Of a stretch of 22,092 bases of DNA, positions 1 to 7,633 are shown piece by piece. The DNA lies in the UHGV virus genome UHGV-0073665; one strand, 5' to 3'. The notes under the pieces were generated by a model. It searched no databases and was not told the origin of the DNA. It was given only the letters and a program-made list of their open reading frames with translations. Both the position numbers and the translations under genes were made by a program. Position 1 is the first letter of the stretch, and each line of letters begins with the position of its first letter. The stretch comes from a virus.

Positions 1-682
1 GCATCAGGCGGATATCGTTAGCCCACCCAGCAAAATTCGGTTTTCTGGCTGATGGCGCGATGGTCTTCACCATGTCAAACATCCACTCTGCGGCGGTCAG
101 GTCTTCTGCTGTTCCCCACTTACTGCCGCTCTGAATTGCAGCATCCGGTTTAACCACAGAAAGATCGTTTTCTGGCTGGTCAGAGGATTCGCCAGAATTC
201 TCGGACGAATAATCTTTTCTTTTTTCTTTTGTAATAGTGTCTTTTGTGTCCCCCTGTTTTGAGGGATAGCAATCCCCCAATTTGAGGGATGTTTTATCCC
301 TCGTTTTAGGGGATTTTCCCTCGTTTTGAGGGATGCACCATTCTGAGATGTTTTTGTTTGGTCCAAACATGCCGCCTTGCTGCTTGATAATATTCATTCT
401 GACGAGTTCTAACTTGGCTTCATTGCACCGTTTGACAGGTAACTTTGTAATCTCGCTAAGTTGAGAATCGGTGATTCTGTCCATTGGTTTATTCCACCCA
501 TAGGTTTTACGCAGAATGGCAAGCAGCACTTTAAACTGTCGCTTGGTCAGATCTGCGCCCGAATAAGCCTCAAGCAGCATATTTGATAGTCTGGCGTAAC
601 CATCATCGAGATCTGCCACATTACGCTCCTGTCCGGCAAAGTTACCTCTGCCGAAGTTGAGTATTTTTGCTGTATTTGTCAT
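1..682 (-). CDS. O: Replication initiator O (lambda O-like), N-terminal ~227 codons; C-terminus lies beyond the window start
   Basis: Minus-strand frame is open from ATG (682..680) to position 1, so it is absent from the ORF track. Translation starts MTNTAKILNFGRGNFAGQERNVADLDDGYARLSNMLLEAYSGADLTKRQFKVLLAILRKTYGW..., which I recognise from memory as the lambda O N-terminal iteron-binding domain. Iterons lie inside the gene, as in lambda. Confidence 0.88.
   Translation of the reverse strand, partial: MTNTAKILNFGRGNFAGQERNVADLDDGYARLSNMLLEAYSGADLTKRQFKVLLAILRKTYGWNKPMDRITDSQLSEITKLPVKRCNEAKLELVRMNIIKQQGGMFGPNKNISEWCIPQNEGKSPKTRDKTSLKLGDCYPSKQGDTKDTITKEKRKDYSSENSGESSDQPENDLSVVKPDAAIQSGSKWGTAEDLTAAEWMFDMVKTIAPSARKPNFAGWANDIRLM
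249..334. repeat. Replication origin iterons (ori-lambda type), four ~18-bp repeats at ~23-bp spacing, with AT-rich tract at ~195..248
   Basis: Plus strand shows tccccctgttttgagggat (249), atcccccaatttgagggat (272), atccctcgttttaggggat (296), tccctcgttttgagggat (317). The reverse complement is ATCCCTCAAAACGAGGGA, the lambda iteron. The AT-rich tract lies downstream in the O reading direction. Confidence 0.8.
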
Positions 683-714
683 AATGACTCCTGTTGATAG
701 ATCCAGTAATGACC

Positions 715-1014
715 TCAGAACTCCATCTGGATTTGTTCAGAACGCTCGGTCTTGCACACCGGGCGTTTTTTATTGGTGATTTCATCAAGCGCATACTTAA
801 AAGCTCTGCTAATCGGACTGATGTCTGATGCCATGCCAAAAGCACACAAGACCGAAGCTATAAACCTCCAGTCTGTTCTGCTTATCTTCGATTCATGACA
901 GCCAATCATCTTTGCCAGACCGCGCTGAGTAAGCGTTGACAGGTTGATAAGTAAATCTGTTTCTGCGCGATCAACGTCGCGCTGTGATAGTTTGCTGTAA
1001 TTTGTTTGTTCCAT
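715..1014 (-). CDS. cII: cII-like transcriptional activator (lysogeny establishment)
   Basis: 99-aa ORF between cro and O on the same strand. C-terminus ...TNKKRPVCKTERSEQIQMEF closely matches the lambda CII C-terminus (...TNKKRPAATERSEQIQMEF, from memory). Confidence 0.75.
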   Translation of the reverse strand: MEQTNYSKLSQRDVDRAETDLLINLSTLTQRGLAKMIGCHESKISRTDWRFIASVLCAFGMASDISPISRAFKYALDEITNKKRPVCKTERSEQIQMEF

Positions 1015-1078
1015 TTCTTACTATTTCCATAGGTAAATAATCACTAATACGCATCTTTCGATGAGTTCTTAATTAGTT

Positions 1079-1113
1079 ACCGCGTTGTCGGCGGTGCAGA
1101 TTGATAAAGAGCG
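1079..1113 (-). promoter_or_regulatory. nutR: nutR-like site: boxA (CGCTCTTTA) followed by boxB hairpin (ACCGCCGACAACGCGGT) on the minus strand
   Basis: Between the cro stop and cII start. Reverse complement of 1105..1113 is CGCTCTTTA; 1079..1095 forms a 5-bp stem with a CGACAAC loop. BoxB matches my recollection of P22 boxB-right. Confidence 0.6.
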
Positions 1114-1120
1114 GTGTTAC

Positions 1121-1348
1121 TTATGCTGCCAGAAGGTTCTTTTTGCTTATTTCAAGCATTTCGCTTGCTTGATATTTGCCACCAGAAATCTCTTCGATTT
1201 TTGATGCGTATTTCGTTTTCCCAAAAAACTCAGTCTTAGGGAGGAAGCCGTTTTTGAGCCACTTATAGACAGCCCTTTCGCTAACTCCACAAGCCTTCGC
1301 AACTTCAGGGATGCCGACACCTTTAATCGGCTCATCAAGATTTTGCAT
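1121..1348 (-). CDS. cro: Cro-like HTH repressor (start taken at internal ATG 1348; track ORF extends to 1381)
   Basis: Divergent from cI across an operator region. HTH-like segment GIPEVAKACGVSERAVYKWLKNG. AAGGA lies ~10 nt upstream of ATG 1348. Function assigned by position and motif. Confidence 0.6.
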   Translation of the reverse strand: MQNLDEPIKGVGIPEVAKACGVSERAVYKWLKNGFLPKTEFFGKTKYASKIEEISGGKYQASEMLEISKKNLLAA

Positions 1349-1426
1349 AGGAATGTCCTTTTTCGTACTTTCAGTACGCATTATGGTTGAACTGAAAGTT
1401 TTTGCAAGTGCTTTAGTATCGTACTC
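1349..1426. promoter_or_regulatory. OR-like operator/promoter region (PR toward cro, PRM toward cI) with inverted-repeat operator CGTACTttcAGTACG
   Basis: 78-bp divergent intergenic region. Palindrome CGTACT-ttc-AGTACG at ~1363..1377 with related half-sites nearby. Candidate PR -35 TTGCAA and -10 CATAAT on the minus strand. TAGTAT lies 7 nt upstream of the cI ATG, suggesting a leaderless PRM transcript. Confidence 0.5.
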
Positions 1427-2134
1427 ATGGTTCAGAATGAAAAAGTGCGCAAAGAATTCGCCCAGCGGCTAGCGCAAGCCTGTAAAGAAGCTGGTCTTGA
1501 TGAACATGGTAGGGGAATGGCCATAGCCCGTGCCCTTTCTCTTTCGTCCAAAGGCGTTAGCAAATGGTTTAATGCTGAGTCTTTACCACGCCAGGAAAAA
1601 ATGAATGCGCTTGCGAAATTTCTAAACGTTGATGTTGTTTGGCTTCAGCACGGCACTTCGTTAAATGGAGCGAATGATGAAGATACTTTTTCAATTGTTG
1701 GCAAATTAAAAAAAGGGTTAGTGCGCGTGGTTGGTGAGGCAATTCTTGGTGTTGATGGTGCCATCGAGATGACCGAAGAGCGCGATGGGTGGCTCAAGAT
1801 TTATAGCGATGATCCAGATGCCTTTGGTCTTCGTGTAAAAGGAGACAGCATGTGGCCCAGAATAAAATCAGGAGAATATGTACTCATTGAGCCTAACACC
1901 AAAGTATTCCCAGGTGATGAGGTGTTTGTCAGAACCATTGAAGGGCACAACATGATCAAGGTTCTTGGCTATGACAGAGACGGAGAATACCAATTTACAA
2001 GCATCAACCAAGACCACAGGCCAATAACGTTGCCTTATCATCAAGTAGCAAAGGTGGAGTATGTAGCTGGTATTCTGAAGCAATCTCGCCACCTAGATGA
2101 CATCGAGGCCAGGGAATGGCTGAAAAGTTCATGA
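1427..2134 (+). CDS. cI: CI-type phage repressor: N-terminal HTH plus C-terminal S24 (LexA-like) self-cleaving peptidase domain
   Basis: 235 aa, divergent from cro. C-terminal region has the S24 signature (...RVKGDSMWPRIKSGEYVLIEP... then ...KVLGY...), consistent with RecA-stimulated autocleavage. Confidence 0.85.
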   Translation: MVQNEKVRKEFAQRLAQACKEAGLDEHGRGMAIARALSLSSKGVSKWFNAESLPRQEKMNALAKFLNVDVVWLQHGTSLNGANDEDTFSIVGKLKKGLVRVVGEAILGVDGAIEMTEERDGWLKIYSDDPDAFGLRVKGDSMWPRIKSGEYVLIEPNTKVFPGDEVFVRTIEGHNMIKVLGYDRDGEYQFTSINQDHRPITLPYHQVAKVEYVAGILKQSRHLDDIEAREWLKSS

Positions 2135-2263
2135 CTTCATCATCACATAGCTAGTAACCAGTACGTTTGGATGGTGGTGAGAAACACACTGCAAGCAAAC
2201 AGAAACATGGATATTAAAATATTAGCTTAACACAGCAAATCGAAAGAAACAGCGAGGGCTCGG

Positions 2264-3163
2264 ATGTCCCAAGAATTATCTTTAACCTTTACCGAAAACA
2301 TATATTATTCAACTAAAGAACCTGTAAGCATCAAAGATGTGATTACCTCCCTTCAAGGGTGGGAGGCCATCGCAAAACAATCAGAAGGTGTTTTGCAGGA
2401 ACTGACAGGGGCTAATATCCTTGATATATCGGTGCATGTTGCGCGATTAGAAGCAGGAAGCCTTTATGAAGATATTGTTATTAAACTCCTCTTTGGTAGC
2501 CAAGAAGAAATGGACAAGTTTCTTGCTGGCGCTCATGCAAAGATCGGAAATGGGAAAATGAGAAACGCTCTCGTTGGTGCTGTTGTTATTGGTCTGGTTG
2601 GATATGGCTTAGTTCTAGCAACTAAGGCTATGGCTCCAAGCAACACCTCCCACTTTGAAGCAAATAACAATACAATCATCAATATTGGTGCCGGTGAGGC
2701 TAATATTTCACCTGACCGTCTTCAAGCAATCATAGAAAGCACGGTAACCAATAAGAAGACTCTTGCCAAAAGTTCCATTAAGACGCTTGCCCCAGCTAGG
2801 GCAGACGAAGGATCTACGATGGTCATAGGTACAGGGGGTGGTACAGTGACCATTCCCGCTGAAACCATTAAAAAAGCCCCAACTGAAGTTGTCTTCACAC
2901 CAGAGTCATATACTCAGGATCATTTTGATGTTGATGTTGAAATCCGTGCATTAGACCTCGACAATCCAGAGAAAGGTTGGGCTGCTGTTATCCCTGGATT
3001 AATAGATCGAAGAGTAAATATGGTTCTTGGCCCCAACGTAAACCCATCAGATTTTGCAGGTAAATTTTCTGTACGTGCTGATATAACAATAACGTACCAG
3101 CTCAAATCATCAGATAAAAAATACCAACCGAAAGAAGTCTTTATAAAAGAAATAATCAAATAA
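2264..3163 (+). CDS. Hypothetical 299-aa protein with one predicted transmembrane helix (~residues 101-123); cargo gene at the rex-equivalent position
   Basis: Co-oriented with and immediately downstream of cI. GAGGG lies 5 nt upstream of the ATG. Followed by an intrinsic terminator. Looks AT-rich by eye relative to flanking genes. Hydrophobic stretch NALVGAVVIGLVGYGLVLATKAMA. No family recognised. Confidence 0.7.
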   Translation: MSQELSLTFTENIYYSTKEPVSIKDVITSLQGWEAIAKQSEGVLQELTGANILDISVHVARLEAGSLYEDIVIKLLFGSQEEMDKFLAGAHAKIGNGKMRNALVGAVVIGLVGYGLVLATKAMAPSNTSHFEANNNTIINIGAGEANISPDRLQAIIESTVTNKKTLAKSSIKTLAPARADEGSTMVIGTGGGTVTIPAETIKKAPTEVVFTPESYTQDHFDVDVEIRALDLDNPEKGWAAVIPGLIDRRVNMVLGPNVNPSDFAGKFSVRADITITYQLKSSDKKYQPKEVFIKEIIK

Positions 3164-3168
3164 TTATA

Positions 3169-3194
3169 CCCGGCCTCAGCGCCGGTTTTTCTTT
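3169..3194 (+). terminator. Rho-independent terminator after the cI-cassette transcription unit
   Basis: Hairpin CCGGC-ctcagc-GCCGG followed by TTTTTCTTTT. Confidence 0.6.
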
Positions 3195-3361
3195 TCCTCA
3201 CGATCGTCTACCTTATTTAACATCCGCACATGTGCTAACCCACGAACTAACACGCCAGCAAACAATTCTTTCTCTCCTACTGACCAATCTTCAATCTTTA
3301 CAAAAATAAATTCCTTTACATATCAAAAACATATCTCATTAAGTTAATGAACCACAAACAA

Positions 3362-3410
3362 TTCGTACTTATAGTTCTTGATAATATCGAACTATTGGTT
3401 CATTATAATC
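3362..3410 (+). promoter_or_regulatory. OL/PL-like region: operator-like repeats and candidate PL (-35 TTGATA, 17-nt spacer, -10 CATTAT) directed toward N
   Basis: Half-sites resembling those in OR (TCGTACTtatAGTTCT; CGAACTattGGTTCA). Position is upstream of nutL and N. Confidence 0.45.
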
Positions 3411-3453
3411 GCCATCAGCAGGACGCTGGCAGCCAAACGGAACAGATTGGCAG

Positions 3454-3487
3454 GCTCTTTAACTTCGATGATGCGCTGACAAAGCGC
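3454..3487 (+). promoter_or_regulatory. nutL: nutL: boxA-like GCTCTTTAA plus boxB hairpin GCGCTGACAAAGCGC (P22 type)
   Basis: Sits in the N leader. BoxB is a 5-bp stem with GACAA-type loop, matching the P22 boxB-left sequence as I recall it. Confidence 0.75.
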
Positions 3488-3605
3488 GAACAGATACCAA
3501 ACGAGATGGGTTTGGGGTGATGTGAATTGCAGCAGTAACGACAGCAACCAGAAGATCAGCATCTGGCGCATCACCACCAAAGCCATTTCACATGAGGAAA
3601 ACATC

Positions 3606-3914
3606 ATGACGGTAATCGTGTACGGAAAATCAACATTTGCAGGAAATGCCAAAACTCGCCGTCATGAGCGGCGCAGAAAGCTGGCCATCGAGCGTGATTC
3701 CATCTGCAACATCATCGATTCGATCTTCGGCACAGACAGTGAGGAACCTGTTCAGGAAGACCCGAGAAAGCGGTTAAGCCTTTCTGAAAAAGCAATATCA
3801 CTCGGAAGCCTTCGCTGCAAGAAAGTAGATGAATGCAGTGGAAGTGTTTGCCTGCCAAACGTAGCTATTTACGCGGCAGGCTACCGGAAATCAAAACAAC
3901 TGACGGCGAGATGA
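3606..3914 (+). CDS. N: N-type antitermination protein (P22 gene 24-like), start at internal ATG 3606
   Basis: Arginine-rich motif GNAKTRRHERRRKLAIERD matches the P22 N boxB-binding peptide from memory. GAGGAAA lies 6 nt upstream of ATG 3606. The track ORF from 3522 is a 5' over-extension into the leader. Confidence 0.85.
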   Translation: MTVIVYGKSTFAGNAKTRRHERRRKLAIERDSICNIIDSIFGTDSEEPVQEDPRKRLSLSEKAISLGSLRCKKVDECSGSVCLPNVAIYAAGYRKSKQLTAR

Positions 3915-3930
3915 TAAATTCATTTGCTAA

Positions 3931-4512
3931 TTACTTGTTTTTGCCATGCTTATCCTGAGCGATAAGTTCATCCATAAGACTGTCTTTCTTCCCAGCAAAC
4001 CTAATGTAGCACTCATTTCTATAGCGTTCCGGGATAACAAAACGGTCGATTTCAGGATATCCAGTAGCAGAAGGTACCCGAATAAGAAGCCCTTTTTCGA
4101 GCAATGAGATTGCTTCAGGGCTTCCCTTTTCTGTCTTTAGCTGGTTATTAGCGGCTACAGCGAATGCCAAATACGCTCTTTCTCCAAGAGTTAACGAATC
4201 AAACAAATCTTGCACGTATTTCTCTTCTTTAGATTTGCGCTTCTGAGCAGCGAATATCTCAATTCTTACAGTCACAGCGTGATAAGCGGAATTAACAACG
4301 CCGTTAAGCACATAGCTAACGCAAAACAACAGGATGTAATACATCCAGTAATGAGGAAGGATTTCTGGATTATGCAGGTTTATCCATTCTTTTACGCTTA
4401 CAGGCATAACAATAATCAATATGATCAGGATGATTAGCATATGAATCAACTGTTTAAGTGTCATTCCTTGCAGGAAAAAATGCATTAGTTCCTGCCACCA
4501 TGAGTTGTTCAT
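3931..4512 (-). CDS. sieB: SieB-like superinfection exclusion membrane protein
   Basis: 193 aa, opposite strand, between N and ral as in P22 and lambda. Two strongly hydrophobic helices (LIHMLIILIILIIVMPV; YWMYYILLFCVSYVLNGVV). N-terminus MNNSWWQELMHFF resembles P22 SieB as I recall it. Confidence 0.7.
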   Translation of the reverse strand: MNNSWWQELMHFFLQGMTLKQLIHMLIILIILIIVMPVSVKEWINLHNPEILPHYWMYYILLFCVSYVLNGVVNSAYHAVTVRIEIFAAQKRKSKEEKYVQDLFDSLTLGERAYLAFAVAANNQLKTEKGSPEAISLLEKGLLIRVPSATGYPEIDRFVIPERYRNECYIRFAGKKDSLMDELIAQDKHGKNK

Positions 4513-4530
4513 CGGCGTTTCTCTTTTGCT

Positions 4531-4584
4531 CTCTGTAGGGGTGAATAGAGTTTATCCGATTTCTCGCTGTAGGGGTACACGAGA
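4531..4584. repeat. Two tandem stem-loops each presenting CTGTAGGGGT (direct repeat at 4533 and 4567)
   Basis: ctctGTAGGGGTGAATagag and tctcgCTGTAGGGGTACAcgaga, in the sieB 5' flank and within the PL transcript between N and ral. Confidence 0.4.
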
Positions 4585-4655
4585 ACCACCGAGCCTGATG
4601 TGGTTAAAAGACAGGCACAATCTTTACTACCGCAATCCACTATTTAAGGTGATAT

Positions 4656-4742
4656 ATGGAAGAAGAATTTGAAGAGTTCGAAGAGCATCCTCAAGATGTG
4701 ATGGAACAATACCAGGACTATCCGTATGACTACGACTATTGA
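4656..4742 (+). CDS. Possible 28-aa highly acidic micro-ORF (MEEEFEEFEEHPQDVMEQYQDYPYDYDY)
   Basis: AAGGTG lies 5 nt upstream of the ATG. Its 3' end overlaps the ral start in another frame. Too short to support strongly. Confidence 0.25.
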   Translation: MEEEFEEFEEHPQDVMEQYQDYPYDYDY

Positions 4743-4926
4743 TACAAATCAATGGTGTGGACAATTCAAACGATGCAATGGATGCAAGCTGCAATCGGAA
4801 TGCATGGTTAAGCCTGAAGAAATGTTTCCTGTAATGGAAGATGGGAAATATGTCGATAAATGGGCAATACGAACGACGGCAATGATTGCCAGAGAACTTG
4901 GTAAACAGAACAACAAAGCTGCCTGA
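4726..4926 (+). CDS. ral: Ral (restriction alleviation protein)
   Basis: 66-aa product MTTTIDTNQWCGQFKRCNGCKLQSECMVKPEEMFPVMEDGKYVDKWAIRTTAMIARELGKQNNKAA is near-identical to lambda Ral as I recall it. Position downstream of N is as in lambda and P22. Confidence 0.85.
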   Translation: MTTTIDTNQWCGQFKRCNGCKLQSECMVKPEEMFPVMEDGKYVDKWAIRTTAMIARELGKQNNKAA

Positions 4927-5102
4927 TAGTGGCCTTTATTTTTGGCATAAATAACAGAATAAACACTGCACTGTGTATTCATTCCAACGAGTGAATACAC
5001 GGAGCAATGTCGCTCGTAACTAAACAGGAGCCGACTTGTTCTGATTGTTGGAAATCTTCTTTGCCCTCCAGTGTGAGGGCAATTTTTTTTGATGGAGGAT
5101 AT

Positions 5103-5453
5103 ATGAGTGAAGTAACAGATTTAGTTGTTATTGAAAAAGCAAATGCAATGACTGTATTTCAGTCTGCCGACCAGATTGAAGAAATTCTCCAAAAGGTTGA
5201 ACGTGAAGTTATGTCATTTGTGCCTGATATCACAACGGCAAAGGGCAGAAAGGAGATCGCTTCTCTGGCGTATAAAGTTGCGCAGACGAAAACATATCTC
5301 GATGGTCTTGGCAAAGACCTTGTTGCTGAACTGAAGGAAATTCCAAAGCTAATTGATGCCAACCGCAAGACAGTGCGCGATCGCCTTGATGAACTGAAAG
5401 CCAAGGCGCGCCAGCCTCTTACTGATTATGAGGAAGAATCAGGCGCGGATTAA
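5103..5453 (+). CDS. Hypothetical protein (116 aa from ATG 5103), possibly the N-terminal part of a split gene
   Basis: GGAGG lies 8 nt upstream of ATG 5103; the track start at 5007 is less likely. Occupies the position between ral and cIII. No family recognised. Confidence 0.5.
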   Translation: MSEVTDLVVIEKANAMTVFQSADQIEEILQKVEREVMSFVPDITTAKGRKEIASLAYKVAQTKTYLDGLGKDLVAELKEIPKLIDANRKTVRDRLDELKAKARQPLTDYEEESGAD

Positions 5454-6072
5454 AGCCGAAGAAGAAGCTAAGGCAGCAGCTGAAGCTCTCGCAAAGCAAA
5501 TTGAGTCTGACCATGAAATAGCGATTTTGATGGATCGCGAATTTGACCGCCAAAGAGAAGAGGCAAGACTCAAAGCGGAGCAGGAAAAGCGAGAGCATGA
5601 AGAACGATTAAAAAGAGAAGCTGAAGAGAAAGCCAGAGCAGAAGCCGAAGCAAAGGCAAAAGCCGAAATTGAAGCAGCAGCAAGGCGAGAAGCAGAAGCT
5701 AAGGCCGCAGCGGAACGTGCAGAGCGTGAACGCATTGAAGCCGAGCAACGAGCACAGCGCGAAGCAAAAGAGGCAGCAGAACGAGCTGAAAGAGAAAAGC
5801 AGGCAGCAATTGAAGCAGAACGCAGAAAAGCACAGGAGGAGGCTGAACGAATCCGTCGCGAGGCTGAAGCAAAAGAGCAAGCCAGAATAGCAGAAGAAAA
5901 AAGAATCAAGGACGAAGAAGAGCGTAGAGCAAAGGATAAAGCTCACCGGAAAGAAGTAAATAACAAAATACTTGCTGACCTTATCAAGGTTGGCGCATCA
6001 GAAGATGTTGCTAAAAATATCATAACAGCCATCGTAAAAGGCGAAGTATTCGCAACAAAAATAACCTACTAA
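5428..6072 (+). CDS. Hypothetical E/K/R/A-rich charged-helix protein (214 aa), possibly the C-terminal part of a split gene
   Basis: Long run of EAKAKAEIEAAARREAEAK-type heptads, then a short C-terminal segment. Overlaps the upstream ORF by 26 nt with no Shine-Dalgarno before its ATG. Confidence 0.45.
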   Translation: MRKNQARIKAEEEAKAAAEALAKQIESDHEIAILMDREFDRQREEARLKAEQEKREHEERLKREAEEKARAEAEAKAKAEIEAAARREAEAKAAAERAERERIEAEQRAQREAKEAAERAEREKQAAIEAERRKAQEEAERIRREAEAKEQARIAEEKRIKDEEERRAKDKAHRKEVNNKILADLIKVGASEDVAKNIITAIVKGEVFATKITY

Positions 6073-6096
6073 TAAAACCAACATAAGGAACCACCC

Positions 6097-6228
6097 ATGA
6101 TTTACGCAATCGCGGGAGGCGCTCGCATGGGTGCCTTCCAACTAAATGAATCTTTACTTGAACGAATCACCCGTAAATTACGTGACGGATGGAAAAGAGT
6201 TGAGGTCTTATTATGCGCAATGAAATAG
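6097..6228 (+). CDS. cIII: CIII-like protein (protease inhibitor that stabilises CII)
   Basis: 43-aa ORF with AAGGAA RBS. Contains ESLLERITRKLRDGWKR, which matches the central region of lambda CIII as I recall it. Confidence 0.6.
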   Translation: MIYAIAGGARMGAFQLNESLLERITRKLRDGWKRVEVLLCAMK

Positions 6229-6365
6229 CCATCAATCACCAGATGCTTCGTGCTGCACAGAACAAAGCAGTAATAGCCAGATTTATTGGTGATTCCAAAA
6301 TGTGGCTTGAAGCAAATAAAGCGATGAAATCAGCTATCAACCTTCCGTGGTATCGCAGGAAATGA
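6213..6365 (+). CDS. kil: Kil-like small protein (host cell-division inhibitor candidate)
   Basis: 50-aa ORF with GAGG RBS, directly after cIII as in lambda and P22. Segment IARFIGDSKMWLEA resembles lambda Kil (…ATFIGDEKMFREA…), recalled imperfectly. Confidence 0.45.
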   Translation: MRNEIAINHQMLRAAQNKAVIARFIGDSKMWLEANKAMKSAINLPWYRRK

Positions 6366-6520
6366 GTTTTACAGATAACTGGTCAGACGAAGAATTCATT
6401 CGTCAGATTAAAGAATTAATCGGTAACGAAGGAGATATTCATGTCACTTGCAACCACAGTGAAGGAGAGCAAGTTACAGAGACGCATGTACACGCAGAAA
6501 GCTCTCTGGTATCGCCATAA
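6362..6520 (+). CDS. Small 52-aa ORF at the arf-equivalent position (immediately upstream of erf)
   Basis: Start overlaps the kil stop (ATGA). Position matches P22 arf. No sequence recognition. Confidence 0.3.
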   Translation: MSFTDNWSDEEFIRQIKELIGNEGDIHVTCNHSEGEQVTETHVHAESSLVSP

Positions 6521-6621
6521 TGGTGACCGCGAAGGAATGCGGGTATGCCTTAATTTGTCCCGAGTCGAAGTATTAAATCAGCGTTATTTCCTTGGGCCGT
6601 GTCCATTCTGAGAGCAATCAT

Positions 6622-7227
6622 ATGAGCAAAGAATTTTACGCAAGACTGGCAGCTATTCAGGAGAATCTGAACGCGCCAAAGAATCAGTACAACTCATTCG
6701 GCAAATATAAATACAGAAGCTGCGAAGATATTCTTGAAGGCGTTAAGCCGTTACTGAACGGTCTGTTTTTATCAATCAGCGATGAAGTTGTGTTGATTGG
6801 TGATCGGTATTACGTGAAAGCCACGGCAACTATTACCGATGGCGAAAACAGTCATACGGCAACCGCTCTTGCACGAGAGGAAGAAAGCAAGAAAGGAATG
6901 GATTCTGCACAAGTTACGGGAGCTACAAGCTCTTATGCACGCAAGTATTGCCTCAATGGTTTGTTCGGCATTGATGATGCGAAAGATGCAGATACAGACG
7001 AGCATAAACATCAGCAGAACGCAGCAGCAAAGCAATCAAAACCATCACTTACACCTGAACAGGTTCTAAAAGCATTCACTGACGCAGCAATGCAGAAAAA
7101 CACCGTAGAAGAGCTTAAACAGGCGTTCGCCAAAGCGTGGAAGATGCTCGAAGGGACGCCGGAGCAGCACAAAGCGCAGGACGTTTACAACATCAGACGA
7201 GACGAATTAGAAGGGGCAACTGCTTAA
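6622..7227 (+). CDS. erf: Erf-family single-strand annealing recombinase (P22 Erf-like)
   Basis: From ATG 6622: MSKEFYARLAAIQENLNAPKNQYNSFGKYKYRSCEDILEGVKPLL..., which matches P22 Erf closely from memory. The track start 6592 is TTG. Confidence 0.85.
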   Translation: MSKEFYARLAAIQENLNAPKNQYNSFGKYKYRSCEDILEGVKPLLNGLFLSISDEVVLIGDRYYVKATATITDGENSHTATALAREEESKKGMDSAQVTGATSSYARKYCLNGLFGIDDAKDADTDEHKHQQNAAAKQSKPSLTPEQVLKAFTDAAMQKNTVEELKQAFAKAWKMLEGTPEQHKAQDVYNIRRDELEGATA

Positions 7228-7610
7228 TGGCACATTCGATTACAGTAAGACTAAACAAACCCGCAAGAGAGTTTCAGGGCGGGGAAAATATCGGATTCAA
7301 CATCCGTGCTGGCGTTCAGTATTACGATCGCCAGACAAAAAAGAAAGAATGGACAAACTACAGCGCCGTTGTATTTGCCAAGCCGGGAGCGCAAGCGGAT
7401 TACTATCGTAGCGTTCTGGTTGAAGGAGGCATTGTAGAAATTACCGGAGAAAACATCAGGGTTGATGTTTATCAGGGGCAAAATGGTCAATCAATCACTC
7501 TTGAATTACTGAATGCAAAGATTGGATTTGCAACTTCAGGAAACAGACAACAGCAGCAAAGTAGCAATCATCAAAATAATCCTGAATACGACGATTCCAT
7601 CCCATTCTGA
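7227..7610 (+). CDS. ssb: SSB-like single-stranded DNA-binding protein (short, with acidic C-terminal DDSIPF tail)
   Basis: 127 aa from ATG 7227, overlapping the erf stop (TAATG). C-terminal ...EYDDSIPF resembles the SSB tail motif. Sits next to the recombinase. Confidence 0.55.
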   Translation: MAHSITVRLNKPAREFQGGENIGFNIRAGVQYYDRQTKKKEWTNYSAVVFAKPGAQADYYRSVLVEGGIVEITGENIRVDVYQGQNGQSITLELLNAKIGFATSGNRQQQQSSNHQNNPEYDDSIPF

Positions 7611-7633
7611 TTTAGAAAAATAAGGATTTAATT

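Noticed and set aside
97-366. 89-aa minus-strand ORF from the track
   Set aside because: It is an alternative frame inside the O gene and ori iterons. The real gene is the O frame, which is open to the window edge.
3392-3652. 86-aa minus-strand ORF, and the 5' extension of the N ORF from 3522
   Set aside because: They lie across the OL/PL and nutL regulatory region. N is better started at ATG 3606, which has an RBS.
5439-5946. Two minus-strand ORFs (156 and 112 aa), Ser/Ala/Cys/Phe-rich
   Set aside because: Antisense shadows of the repetitive GAA/GCA-rich coding sequence of the E/K/R-rich gene. Low complexity and no RBS.
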